Shown: in pieces, positions 1 to 12,764 of the stretch
Position numbering within the stretch: the first letter of the stretch is position 1
Layout: each line of letters opens with the position of its first letter
Assembly (NCBI GenBank): GCA_001949185.1
Contig: BDGG01000013.1
Coordinates: forward strand, 62,001 to 126,000
DNA: 64,000 bases
Source of the DNA: Ramazzottius varieornatus
Taxonomy: Eukaryota > Animalia > Tardigrada
Direction of reading: 5' to 3'
Translations under genes and position numbers: made by a program
The notes under the pieces: generated by a model
What the model saw: only the letters and a program-made list of their open reading frames with translations
The model's database searches: none
What the model was told of the DNA's origin: nothing

Positions 1-358
1 CAACACTCTCCTCTATCTTTCTGTTGGGTCAGTTTGATCAACAGGATATACCGCTTGGCGTAATTTCCTTGTGAGAAGGTCTACTTCGGACTCTTCAAGC
101 TTCTTCCCGATCGCGTTGATTAGCTCCGTTGCAGCTAGCTTCGATGATCCGCAGGTAGCAAACCCCGATCAGAGCACAAGGTCCTGAGCGTCACTACCTT
201 GATACCTCTGAATTTTCCTCTTTACCGGGTCTTCGGCTGCAGCTCAGTATGAACCACGGTTCCGTCGCAGACTGATTCTTTCCCATTCTTCCAAGGTACA
301 GTGTGGGCAATTAAGTTACTCTAAAAGGGGGAGGGCCAAAATCGAGTTTTCGACAAGT

Positions 359-493
359 GACGTAGAAACTCCGGCTCGAAGTAATCAGCAAATCAAGTGG
401 CAGTTCACGTCTCTGGATTGCAGCTTGATCAGCTGTTTGCTTTCTGCGTCACGTCGATTTTGGCCTCTTAGAGTACCTTATTTGCCTACACTG
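359..493. mobile_element. Tc1/mariner-type MITE (CAGTG termini, TA target duplication)
   Basis: TA|CAGTGTGGGCAATTAAGTTACTCTAA at the left end. The reverse complement of the right end is CAGTGTAGGCAAATAAGGTACTCTAA, followed by TA at 494-495. Imperfect inverted arms continue inward (GGCCAAAATCGA, GTGACG.AGAAA). Confidence 0.75.
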
Positions 494-660
494 TATAATA
501 GTCTTCCCATCAAGCCTGAGTCCGTCATCTTGCGAAAGTCCCAGTGACTCCAGCACAGTGGGAAATTGTGCTAAAGCAAGGTTTGGACTAAGTTAGTTAC
601 GTTTGCACCGAAACATCCTCGCTCAATACATACAGACATGCCGATAACGTTAAAAACCTA

Positions 661-785
661 GGTGGGGCACGTTGTCCTCTAATTTCAATTTCTCTGAACG
701 TAGATTCGAAGCACCTCGAACTAGGGGAACCCTTTCCCCTAAATGATTCGTTCTCAAACCGCACCTTCTCCTAAAATATGTCTAT
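661..785 (+). repeat. Dispersed repeat fragment, homologous to the reverse complement of ~38095-38223; a further piece at ~1725-1810 matches ~38000-38095
   Basis: GGTGGGGCACGTTGTCCTCTAATTTCAATTTC...CGAACTAGGGGAACCCTTTCCCCTAAATG aligns by eye with rc GGTGGGGCACGTTATCTTCTAGTCACAATTTC...CGAACTAGAAGAACTCTTTCCCCAAAATG. Confidence 0.65.
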
Positions 786-1941
786 ATTTTTCAAGGGAAG
801 CTATTAAGTCGCGGTCGACCCTTTGCAACGTTCGTCACGCAGTCTAGGTCTCCGACACTTAACTGATGACGGTACAACTGACAGCAAATGGTTGAACTAT
901 GGATGATGGTTGTTGTTTGTATTAAATTCAACTCGTTGACTTTGCAGTTCGTTTTTAATTTTAAACTTTGACGCCCTTCTATTCTGTCGTTTCTCAGAAG
1001 TCCCAAGTTTCGGCTTCTATTACAACCACCAAGAAAATATTCAACCGTTTCTTGCTCGATGAATTTTTATCGCACTGTTAGCAGAACTTGAAATTCAAAA
1101 ACGTCTTTTCGAACGCGCTTTCTTGAATTTTGGACGAACGAAGAAAGTCAACCTAACCAAAAGCACGAAACAAGAATAGCATAGTATCGTATACATTTCG
1201 AGATTTTGTTTGGACTTTTTAGTAATACCCTGAATTACGAGAAGGGTTTAGAACCTTCACTGCTTCATTTTTCAGTATGAATTTTCAAAGGAAATGCTGG
1301 CTTGCTGGTCAGTGCCTGGTTTCTACGCTTCTGTTTCATGCCGCCATTTCATTTTATGGCTTTTTCTTCTCGACAACGACCTGTGAACAATAGGGCTGTC
1401 CACTCATGACAATAAGCGCGTAAATGCTTCTTCTTTTCTCACTGTCTTACACCTTTTCTTTCCCCTTCTCTCTGGCCACCTCCTCCATATACCAAAAATG
1501 ACCTCATTACCTGAGAACCGCTCTGTTAATTGCGTTGGATCATCTCAGTAGAAATCGTGCGTCTTCTGCTTTCACGATTTCTGGGTCCTCCAGTAATATT
1601 TTGATCTACCATCCAGTTTTAAATTTAAACCTGCCGAGGTGTACCGCATGATGATTTCTCACATCTGCACATACTAAAATCGAAAAACGGGCATTTTGTA
1701 ACCGCAACCTAATGGCTTTCCTCGTAAGAACTTCGGACCCTAAGAATAAAGGCCTCGAAGATCTTCGGCGTCGAACAGTCACGAACCCTAATGGCTTTGG
1801 CTTCAATGAACAGTATCCCTACAACGTCGTTTCGTTGTTTCATACTGACACGGCGGCTGTCCGTAAATTCGACGCCTAAAGTATTCAAACAATCGACAAA
1901 CTTACTTTAAATACGGGAACTTGCTCTTATCACGGCTAATA

Positions 1942-3243
1942 CCCTGTTCCCAAGAGCCTCCGATCCAATATACTGACCATATAACATTCGGGATCAGTCC
2001 TAATTTGCTACAGAGCATTTTGGGTGCATTTTGCGTTCACTAAAGAGTCATATACAAGCCCGTTCACGCAAAGTCGCTACAACCTGAGACTAGGCTGTAA
2101 ACAAAAATCCCTGTACTTGCTTTTCCATCATCTCAGCTGAGCTCATGTTTTATTTTCCATGGCGCATCTTTTAAAATATTTCTTGTTGAGTTTGGTCTGA
2201 AATGGGTTCGGAAACTAGTTTTGAAACGAAGGCTGTGGTCGTGGCATTGCACATGGAACGTTTGTCGTACAAGTAGATTTTATCTCGACTTGCCGATCTC
2301 GGAACTCCTGTCCACTATAAAAAGATCGGTAGGCTGACCAGAGAAGAAGGAAAGAAGCAAATCGGATGGTCCAAATCGGATGACAACTGCAACAGCGAAG
2401 GAGATTATTTCTACACGGATGGAGTTTTGAAGGTGCCGGACGAGTGGCGCAAAAAGCCGGTGAAGCACTGGCCCCAGAAGATCATGGTCGCAATTGGAAT
2501 CTGTTGGAACGGAATGTCAAAGCCCTACGTCGTTGACGGCAATGCGAAAGTTACAGCGCAGTACTTCGTGGACAATTTTCGGTCGCCGATGGTGAAAAAG
2601 GACATTCCCCGGCTGTACCCCAAAAATCCACAGGATGTCATGGTGCATTTCGACAGTGCAAAGTCTCATGTGGCGATTCTGACGAAAAACTGGATGGAAG
2701 CGAATCATCCGAACTACATCCCGCACTACCACTGGATGGCCAACAGCCCCGACTTAGCTCCTGTGGATTATGCCATCAACAGAATTTTGAAAACAATTTT
2801 AGGTGAACGGAAGGCTACCACCATAGCGGGTCTACGCAAGGTCCTCCAAGGGGTGTGTGCAGACTTCGACCTCGGAATCATCCGTCGACCACTTTCGTCC
2901 TGGGGAAGTTGTGTTCAAAAGATGCTGGACAAGAAGGGGGATCATGTAGAATTGGATTAAGAATTATAGTTTCGTTCTGGAATGTACATGAATTTTATGA
3001 AGAGGTGGTAGCGACTTGGCGTGAACGGGCTGTATGTGACATATATGTCTATCGGACATGAATGATCCATAACGGGTTCGTGTATGGTTCATGTATGTAA
3101 CATTCATGTCCGATAGACATATATGTCACATATATGAACCTTTACTGAATCCAAAATACACCCAAAATGCTCAGTAGCAGACCAAGACAGATCCCAAATG
3201 TTATATGGTCGGTAAAATGGATCGGAGGCTCTTCCGAACAGGG
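1942..3243 (+). mobile_element. Decayed, internally deleted Tc1/mariner-superfamily transposon of the DD37D (maT) type, with long TIRs
   Basis: TIR CCCTGTTCCCAAGAGCCTCCGATCCA... (1942-~2086) versus its reverse complement ending ...GGAGGCTCTTCCGAACAGGG (3243). TA precedes the left end; the right flank is AT. Transposase remnants lie inside. Confidence 0.88.
2202..2960 (+). pseudogene. DD37D/maT transposase pseudogene
   Basis: The N-terminal remnant MGSETSFETKAVVVALHMERLSYK* has a stop. The C-terminal catalytic part reads KIMVAIGICWNG...HFDSAKSH...WMANSPDLAPVDY...KKGDHVE, with 37 residues between the 2nd and 3rd catalytic Asp. The first catalytic D region is missing. Confidence 0.85.
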
Positions 3244-3939
3244 ATAATAGCGTTTCTCAGCAGCATTTGAGATTGTTCTACGCTTAGATTCACTCTACTA
3301 GTAGTTAAAACTCCTATGATGGCCAATGAAAGTATTTACAATATCGTGGAGGCTCTCGAGAAGTGGCAGTCCTACGCTGGCGGGTCCAGAGAAGGAAACA
3401 TCGCCTTACAGGTACCAGGGTTCACGTTGTTCCTTCTACGTGAAACGGATGGCGCATCACAAGACACGTCAGTAAGCAGGACGGAAGCTTGAATAGCGAG
3501 CTCGCGGATTTCACTACGTACGCTGGCCGGTACGTATTGTCAGTCAGCTTGGGACTGGAGCCATCTTGGATGTTTTTTGGTGAAAATTCCAGTTGTTTGA
3601 TGGCTGACTACTGCTTCATTTTACAGGTCAACTGAACTGCAGCTGAAAAGAAACATCCTTTCTCCACCTTTATATAGTTATTCTTTTCTGTTTTGACTGT
3701 GGTGTTGCGGTCTTAAAGAGAGTCTTTCCGAGCTCGGTGTACATGGAGTCATTTGATTTCGGTTGTTGTCCTGCTCAATTCTGTAATATTTCGGAACTAA
3801 CTGCCTTCTTGGTGTTTTATGAAGTTTTTCATGATTTTGGACAAGTTTCGATGAAATTAAGTTTCCCTCCAGAAATCATGTTTTTCACCTTTCCTTTAGC
3901 TAGGAAGCACAGCAGAATTAGCGCCTGAATTATGCAGAT

Positions 3940-4129
3940 TTTTGTTGTCGAAGGGATAGCTAAATTATAGATTTTCTGACACTGATTAAGCATTAATCCG
4001 TGTTCCAAAACTGCCTATTTTCGGACACAGAAAAAGCTCTTCTTAACAGGATGAAAAAAGCGTTTTCTGTGCTTTCCTTTGGATTTTTAGCCTATCTGAT
4101 GTTTGATAACAGGGTTTTTTAGATCCGGG
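3940..4129. repeat. Dispersed repeat ending in TAGATCCGGG; diverged copies at ~7290-7482 and a short end at ~4364-4397
   Basis: TTTTCTGACACTGA...CGTGTTCCAAAACTG...CAGAAAAAGCTCTT...TAGATCCGGGT versus TTTTCTGATACTGA...CGTGTTCCCAAAACTG...CAGAAAAAGCTCTT...TAGATTCGGGT. Confidence 0.65.
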
Positions 4130-7100
4130 TCAATCGTGCTCGAACCAGTGAATCTTCTTAACGAGTATCACGCCTCGTGGACTCTTGGCTACTGAGCCTG
4201 CGCCTTCCGGAACTACGTCGGCTGGACCATTAGTGACGCTGTCGTGGTCTCGCATTTTCTCATCGTCTTAAATCGTCTATGGGCAGTTACGTTATCGGTG
4301 TCTTATCGCAATAGACACACAAATGACTGCTGTCTGCATCTGCATGTCGGCTTGAGTCATCACCTGATGTTTAATAGCAGGGTTTTCTAGATCCGGGACA
4401 GCCTCGTATACCAGCAGTAAGCTGGCAAGATTCTGCCACTGGTTCGAACCGTCCGACGAGATTAATCATTCTCTATTTCCAGTTTTTCTCGAGAAAGAAT
4501 TCAAGATGGCGTCGTGCGAGCTTGACAAGACCCTGTTCCTGAATGCCATGAATGGATACTTGACTGAGCTGACGCGACGATAAACAAGTTACCAGTACAA
4601 GCTGATCAATACTACAAAAGAACGCATCATGCTGATCCAGTACCTGACCCAATACGCCAGATCATCCTTCCTGGAATCTAGCGATGCCGAATCGGACATT
4701 GGTGAACAAGAGAAAGGAGGTTCACGCAAACGGGAACGAAAGTCAAAGTTGTTGGCCAAGGCTGGTGACAAGGGACAGATGGCGAGGGAGAACAAAATCT
4801 TGAAGCTGGAAGCCGACGGTCGCTTCGTCAAACTCCCGAAGACCGGCAAATGCATTCTGTCTCTCGATGACAGCAGCGATGATGATAATAAAACGTAGTT
4901 CCTGTAAAGAGCCGGCAGTTTTAGTCAACTGTTTTTCAAGCGTTTTAATTCTTTTTAGAGCTCCTTCTAAGCCATTTGAACCTTTAGCTCGTTTTAGCGT
5001 TCTTAATTTGCTTTAATTAATTTGAAGTACCCAGCTTCTCTCGTTGTTTAACTTACGCTCTAGTCGGTTGTTGTCGGTCGATTTCACTTAGGTTATTCTT
5101 GAGTGAGATTCTCAGGTGTACTTCTGGTGAATTCCACCCTTGTCGGAATTTTTCTATCGGTTGCCTTGTCGCTATATTTATTGTCCATCATCTGTTATTA
5201 TTAAATTTGTTATTGTTGCAGACTTGTGGTCTGTTTGATTGGTCCTCGGTTTTATTAGTGCGCCGTCATATTTCGGCGGTTCATAAAAATAGGCAGACAA
5301 TAGCACGTCAGAAATAGAAACAGTGCGGTCAAACCAACGGTACCAGTGTAGCTATGCCCTGAATTCCGAACGGGTCGAACCATCTGGACCAGAGCCGTTC
5401 CACTTCTGGAACTGAAAAGCCTTTACCCAGGAAATCAGTAATCCATCGTTATGGATTTGAACATGAGTAATATGCGCTCAAGAAACAGTGATCGGGGTAT
5501 CGCGACTGCCGACCCAGAATTTGTTATTGGAGTTGTATCAGAATTCTAAAACCGACAAATTTGGCCATTTTCAATTACGAGATACAGTTATCGGAACAAC
5601 ATTGATGTGATCGCCAAGCCAACTCAGCATCGTCCGATCCGGTGGGAACGTCATTCTCGGACTGGGTCGAAACTTGTTCTCATCATTCAGTGATTAATCA
5701 GCGCTTTCATCACACGCAGTGTGAAAATGGTTATGTACGGACTGCCTCAACAGCGGTTCGAATCAAGCGGCATTCTAGCGGAATACCATCCACTGCAGGG
5801 CCGTTGCATCGACTGAATCGATGCATGTGCAGCGCTGCACACCCACTTCGAAGATTCTTCATACATCCTTCTAACTTTTTTCATAGCCGAAACTGTGATC
5901 CATTGCACAACCTTCCAAAAAGCATTTGACGTTTCTTATACAAGGACAAAAAGGCTTCGCTGCAGATGATCACAAGACATAATACACCACATCACACCAT
6001 GGTGAAAACTGAACAGTATCGTTAACCTTGGAGGATTTTCATGTTTAGGATTCGGAAATTTCTTTATACGCGCCTGGCCTAATCTTTGGCATGGAAACAA
6101 ATCTTCGACAACCGGCCGAAAGCGGAGGTGTCCAGCTAAATGAGCGTTGCCGCTTTCGGCCGGCTGCTAATGAATTTGTCCATGCCACTGTCCCTTGTAC
6201 ACATTTCGAGCGACCGAAATGTACACTTCAGTCGGCGCAACACATATCAGAACACTCAACGTCGTCAACGTCAAAATAGCAAATCCCGTCCGGCTACCGT
6301 ACGCGTGTCTCGGATTTCCGCAGCAAGGGCTTGTTGCTTTCCTTGCCCTTCCCTACCATTACCTCCGGGTGGTCAAGTGAGTCAAATCTCCGGGATCGGC
6401 CTGTGCGCGAGCAGTATCATAACGGTTCCGTTCGACGACGACATTGTTGGAGGCGCGAACTCGGCGCAACTGTTTGGTACCAATGAAAGATTTGCAGCGA
6501 ATGATGAGAAACAACACAAACATGAGGGCCACAGGGAGATCGTAAAAGACAAGTTGCACGATGGAGCCCTATGTAACAATCGAATCTTTGTTCAGCCCAC
6601 AATGTTGTCGACCGTTTTCGTTGCACTCAGATAGTCAGATAATAACCAGTGGCCATTCTGACTTCTTACCGGGGTGGCCTGAGTCGTTGCTCGTTGAAAC
6701 TTGAAGGGTGCTCAGGTGCCTTGGCTATCGTTTGAGCATATCGAAATTTCCCTTCCTGCCAGCCTACTGAGTCTCAAAGAATATTAGCAACAACGACGTC
6801 GACGGAGATCCGACTTGATGACCGAGCTCGTGGTTCCATCAAGTAAGCAGACTGAAGCATCGCGTCAAGCAGTTTCAGGACGAAAGGATTTCATATCTCG
6901 GCTGGCGCACATTCTAGCTGCTTGACCACTGATCACGGCTTTTTGTCCACAGGTCAACCCATCTGCAGTCGGAACATGACTGTCCTACTGTGGCTTGTCT
7001 TTGCTTTCTTATCTGTTCTTGCCCGTGTTGTGGCATATTAAAGATTTGTTCGAGCTCGACGCGGTGTGACAGAATCCACGTTTTTCGTTTTCCATGTGTA

Positions 7101-10100
7101 TGGCTTTCTCTGACCTTCGTCGATCTTTCCGCTAAATTTTATGCAGTTTCATACTTGTCATGGTTCGATGTTTTACGAAGTTTTGCGCGGTTTTGGTTCG
7201 TTTCGAAGAAATAAATTTTTCGCCGGAAAATACGTTTTCGTCTTCGCCTTAGCTACGAAAAACAGCAAAATCTGTGCAATAATTACGCAATTTTTCTGCT
7301 CAAAAGAACAGGCAATTCAAAACTTTTCTGATACTGAATAAACATTACTTCGTGTTCCCAAAACTGACTGTTTTCAGATGCAGAAAAAGCTCTTTTAAAA
7401 TGAAAACAGCATCTTCGATGCTTCTTTAGCTCAAAAATTCAGCTTTTCTGATATCTCAAATCAGGCTTCTTTAGATTCGGGTTCTCTCTGATCAAATTAT
7501 CTCAAAAGACAAGTATAGGCCGCCCATTCTACGGTCCAGCTACATCCGAACGACCCTTTTTCGGCCTGAAGCTGTTGCCAGTATTCAAGAGTTCGAGTGC
7601 CAGCATCGCCACGCTTCGCCACGGATAGAAGTCTCGCAAAACTGTTCGCCCTTCTGAGAAGCTGTTCCCGAAAAATTTGGGAATGCCAACTACTTGTGAA
7701 CCTCCCCCCACATGAGGGTTCGAATTCAAAACAAAAGGAGGCGTGTTATGTGACGTTAATGTGAAGTCAAAAGTTTTCCGGTCCAAAAACGAATCTTTTT
7801 AACATGTTCCTGACGTAGCAGTCTAACCAGTGATCAGATGTTCGAACGGACTTCTGAATCTAATTTCCCGACGCTTCTTACATCAGAATGCACAACCAGT
7901 CCGAGGTCACCCTTGGGGTGTCAAATCTTCAAAGTCGATTCCTGAACGATTTGCCTGCAGAGCGTTGGGCGGCAAATTTGGCCGCTAGCTGATACTCAGA
8001 TGTTGCTGACCTGCCTCTGGGCAAGCCATACGAGCGTTTCAACAAAGAGCGTACCCACCACAAAACCTTTTGGGTTCCTGCTGAAATATGAAGAATGTTG
8101 ACGTAGAGTCCAACTCGGAAATGACCTGAAAGGTTGGGTCATGTGAGTCGTGTGCCGCCATCTGTAGCGACCTGTCTGTTATACTATCTAATTCTGCCAG
8201 GAGACAAACGTCTGCGATCCTGTGAAGTTTATATCTTTCGAAAAAATGATCTGTCGTACGAAAGTCTAAACTTATAGATTTTTCGAAGTTCCTCCTTTCC
8301 ATTTTCAGAGCTGATCGGCAGATACCCTCAAGTTATTTACTAAAAATCAAACCCCATACTCACTTTACTAAAGGTGTTCCCACATAAGGAGCACGTGAGT
8401 TCACGAACTTCTTTCCTGAATCATTAGAAGTACAGTGTTACATATGTATTTCTACGTAGAACCGCCATTGTGACGTTACGCGACCCGATTCTGGATTACG
8501 ATGAAGGTTTAACCAGGAACGCTAAACCTTCCCTGTCCGGTGGCGACATCTGAGGAGCTTCTTAGATCCTCATTGATCCAATGAGCGGCAATGGCTGCTA
8601 GGGCGCGCAGTCTGTAGACAATCCGTGCCACACTAGGTATACAGTAAACACGGAGCTGATTAATCGTTAAGTAATTAGACTGCTCGTTTAGCTCATGTGA
8701 TTGCTTCCTTCCTCTGCCTTCTGCACGTCGTCATGGGAGGTGGGCAAAGGGGATCAGATACCGCCGTAAGACTTGATGCGATGATCGCGCAATGCTCTAA
8801 TTGTATACTGTCGACTAATTAGTGGCGATATTTGTCTGGCTGGCTGTGACCGTGACTGAACGATCGAAAGATCACTAGGCCGCATCTCTTGCCCACCAGA
8901 TCACATATCGTCATTCACCATAATCACCATCGATATGCAGCAGGAAAAGGTACACCACGCAATCATGGCAGCGCTGGGCTAAGGACGGATTGTGTTACGT
9001 TGTATGGCCATGATTGCAGCAAATTTGGCCACCGTATAATGCTCCACTGGCTCTGCTCACGATATGAATGCCCGATATCGATATGGGGCGATTTCTCAGC
9101 CACTAACCGTGAAGGCCGAACTTCCCCAATGCACAACGAACCGAACTGACTTCATCCGTTTCACTGAAAATTCACCGCACTGAAAAAGATCTGTAGCGAT
9201 TTTTTGCCAGTCTTACTGTCAAACTAGATATACAGTAAACATATACTATCGATGTTTTTACTCATTTCAGTTTTTATTATTACGTTTCACCTTTTTGCAA
9301 AACTCCTGAATATAAAAAGTTTGGAATAGAAAAAAATATGTTCTGAATATGGAGATAAAAAGTATGAATGTTGAATTGACCACAGAGTTCATATTCGGGG
9401 TGTAAGGTTACGGAAAGATGCGCAAGCTTCCTTCCCCGTGGTGTGAAATGCAGGTACGGTAGCTGTTTGATTAATGAGCAGCGTCATTAGCGTTCTTGAA
9501 TGGAAGGGCGTAATGGCTGTTTTCACCTCTTTATGAGCTTGTGATGATTGGGCAGGCAGGCAGTTATCTGGTCAACGCGCACCAGGAAGTCTTGTCCTCT
9601 TTCGACTGTATAGTCAGCTCTTAATTATCCCGCTGTGTAACATCTTAACACACTCCATTCTCCGAGGACAACATTACGCTGCATAACGGCCTCTTTCAAC
9701 GACTATCAAGTACTCCACACACCAAAGATTTGACCTGAAACGCATTTTGTTGATCCTGTGGAAAAACGGCCAGCTATAAAAATATTGGGGCCTCATTAGG
9801 GGGATAACAGTACAGAAGGAATGTTGGTAGCAGGTGGTCAGATTTATTTGTATAAAATCGCGGAGTAAATATTACACAATATAGAGCAACATGTTGTCGT
9901 TGAGTGGGGCTAGACAAGCACAGTAGCTGAAGCATAAAGTGGACAAGATGTAAACAAACAACTTGTTCAGCAAAGACTGTAGACGCCGTGTACACTGCAC
10001 ATATCTTGACCAGATGTCAGCGCTCATAACACATTGTGACAGTATGTAGATTGAGGTACCAAGGCATTATCCCCTTTCACGACGTTGACGCAAAGGCAGG

Positions 10101-10939
10101 CAACGTAGACAAAAATGTCGGCTTAAACATTAAATTGTGCCATCTTCGGTCCATCCTGAATATTGCGTCGGCTTCAAAGAATGGTCGGTATGTGTAATTT
10201 GAATGCCTACACTGAATGATAGGGGAAACAGGGAAGGCGTTGGATGAGAAATCTGAGTGATGCCATGATAAGATATTAAGGCGTCTTAAAGTTAAATGGA
10301 AAGGTGAAGGCCATGCAAAAAGGGGCTCGGCACCACCATTTAGCGTTTAGCCCTGGTCATTCGTCAGACGTTATACCTGGCCCATGGATGCGGCCATCAA
10401 TTTTAAAAGATGATGGAAGATTGTGACAAGGGAATTAAAATGTCAAAGGGAGCTCCTGCTGATTGGACACGAAGGTGTGGTAGTTCCCTTTCCCACCACC
10501 ATCACTCACTTTACATATCCCGCATAATAACATTATCGTATCTCACTCGCCCATAACCCATTCATGCGCAGTGCCATCTATCTTACACATCTATCATGGC
10601 ACAGGCACCCGAAAGTCCCACATCCGTTTTCATCCAAATTTTCGAACCTTGAGAAATTTCCGCTAAAGAGAGCATACTTGGAAATATTTCACGACAGTCA
10701 AGAACAATTGTACAGATGTAATATGTATATATATCTTTGGACAACTGCTGGGAATAATATATTGATAGTATCGAGCTGGCGACATTGTTCTGCCAAGCGG
10801 CGCAGTTTTCCAGTGTTATTGGACGAAAACGTGCGCCACTTGGGAAAACGGTCTTGTCAGTCTGTTGGTCCAGCTCCCAAAGGATACTAATGTAATGTAT
10901 AAAGGCGGGTCTGTTATCGCGATGACGGAATACAGTGCA

Positions 10940-11330
10940 GATCATATTTTAAAATTGGCTTGAAAGGACGTCAAAGGAAGAGAGAGGTTGGGTGACGGAT
11001 GCGATAGAGCTCGATCGACGGGGAATTCCGTTCACATGGTTATTTATGCGCTGCCAAAGATTGCGTATTATGATGGTGGGTTATAGTGCTCGAGCAGTGG
11101 AGCTGTGGGTCTGTATGGAGCTCGATGGGTTGGATGGATCCATTTGTAACTGATCCGGAACAAACTTTCATCGTTCATAACGGCAGAACGGCATTGGGTG
11201 AGAGCAAACAAGTTATGGTGGTAAAAGCTGCCTTAATGGGCCAGCGTCTTCTTGACCTGTAAAATTCCTTGCGAGCACGGCTGGTCGTCGAGAGTCACAT
11301 AGGTTGGCAAAGAGGGCCAAATGACAAAGT
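10940..11330 (-). mobile_element. Possible highly decayed LINE (CR1/L2-like) ORF2 3' end
   Basis: The minus-strand frame with stops ...YAIFGSA*ITM*TEFPVD...SLPLTSFQANFK resembles the C-terminal W-N-x-L-P...S-L-x-S-F-K pattern of these elements. Weak. Confidence 0.25.
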
Positions 11331-12764
11331 ACCAAAGGTTAACCGAAAGGTCCTCTGCCAGCTCGACCTCCAGCCATCATTTCACGACCTGCACCGGACC
11401 CGACTCTTCAACACTTCGTGGGACGCATAAATTCCACTCATCATTATAAATGCAAAAGCATGCACCAACATCCTCTTCCCCACCTGATACCTTTGTTTTT
11501 CCGAGCTTACGAGTTCTTCTTCGCACAGTCGCAATCCCGCCAAATATCCATCATTCTCGAACCTTTTTTGATCTTCTAAAAACCACAGCGCGGCAAACAG
11601 CTTCCACCAAATCGTTTCCCAACTGGCGCACGCTGCCAGCTAACAGTACTGTGAGAGTGCACCATTTGAGAACAAACTTGACCAAATGGTTTTCCCAAGT
11701 CACGCAAGCTTTTAGCCATGACTACTGGTAAGGTGCGCCACTTGGAGAAACAGGCTCAACGAGTTGCTTGGCGGGCTCCAAAGTATAATCAAAATATTTT
11801 GTTCTATATAATTTAGTTATGGTCTTCGTGAACTAAATGTAGCAACACGAAAAATTGGCATAAAATGATTTGGGGAAAACAGGATGGTCGTGTGGAATCG
11901 TGCCTGGCTAGGCTATAGACTGCCAGATGCTCCTTATGTCTTGTCGGACGTCAGCGAACCAAGCTAAGCTGCTAAAATCCACAGCTGCGCGACCCAAACG
12001 ATGTACGCTACTCATATGTGTTTTTTCCATCACGAGTGCATGCAGCGGAACGTGGGCCGCATACATGAAGTTTTTTTCCTGCTGCCATCGACTGTTTTTC
12101 AAGCCGATGGAGAAAGAGCCTGACAGCAGCGTCCTGGATTGAGGTCTGCATGTTTCCAATAATATATCATCGATATGGTATGCAGATGTGTTTGGCATAT
12201 CTCATATATGATGACACTCTGCGGAAAATGTTCCATCATTGATCGTTAGTCTCGGTGCATCTCGCGGGCTAGACGACCAATGAGGACGTTCAAGGCCCGC
12301 CTTGAGGGCACGACACTGCACTTTAAAGGACGGCAAATTCGGCGGCTGGGCCAGAGTACTCTCTGTCTCTAAATATGATTATGGTTATGAAGGCAGCATA
12401 AGACGGGCCTGATGGAGGTTATGAGGCCTTGCGCGTTGCGGGGCAAGTGGCCGTTTGTTAGTTCAGTCGATCTTTGTGACATGTCTGATAGTGCAAGCAC
12501 GGGTCAGCCAGCCTCTATGAACGTCCTTCCTTCGACTTATAGTGCATTTATTGCAAGTCTTTCCTGTTGACAGTCACCTTCGGCCAACCTTCACAGCTCG
12601 CCACATTGCCCCTCGCCAAAGAGCGCTGAGCTCAGCCATTAATTGGCGCGCGGTTAAAGACAAGCCAAGACCTTGCTTGATTTATCACCCTCACCCCCAT
12701 CCGTGAACTTCCTGACGCCTCCATTGTTGTGGGCTGCTCCTCATCTGACCACGACAACAACAAC

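Noticed and set aside
6091-6634. Overlapping ORFs on both strands, including a hydrophobic stretch on the minus strand
   Set aside because: No recognisable motif or consistent exon chain. Could be a decayed gene but cannot be supported.
8039-8302. 87-aa minus-strand ORF
   Set aside because: No family recognised, and the downstream frames are broken.
8694-8730. Similarity to ~18310-18350 (CATGTGA followed by a CT-rich tract)
   Set aside because: Too short and low in complexity to distinguish from chance.
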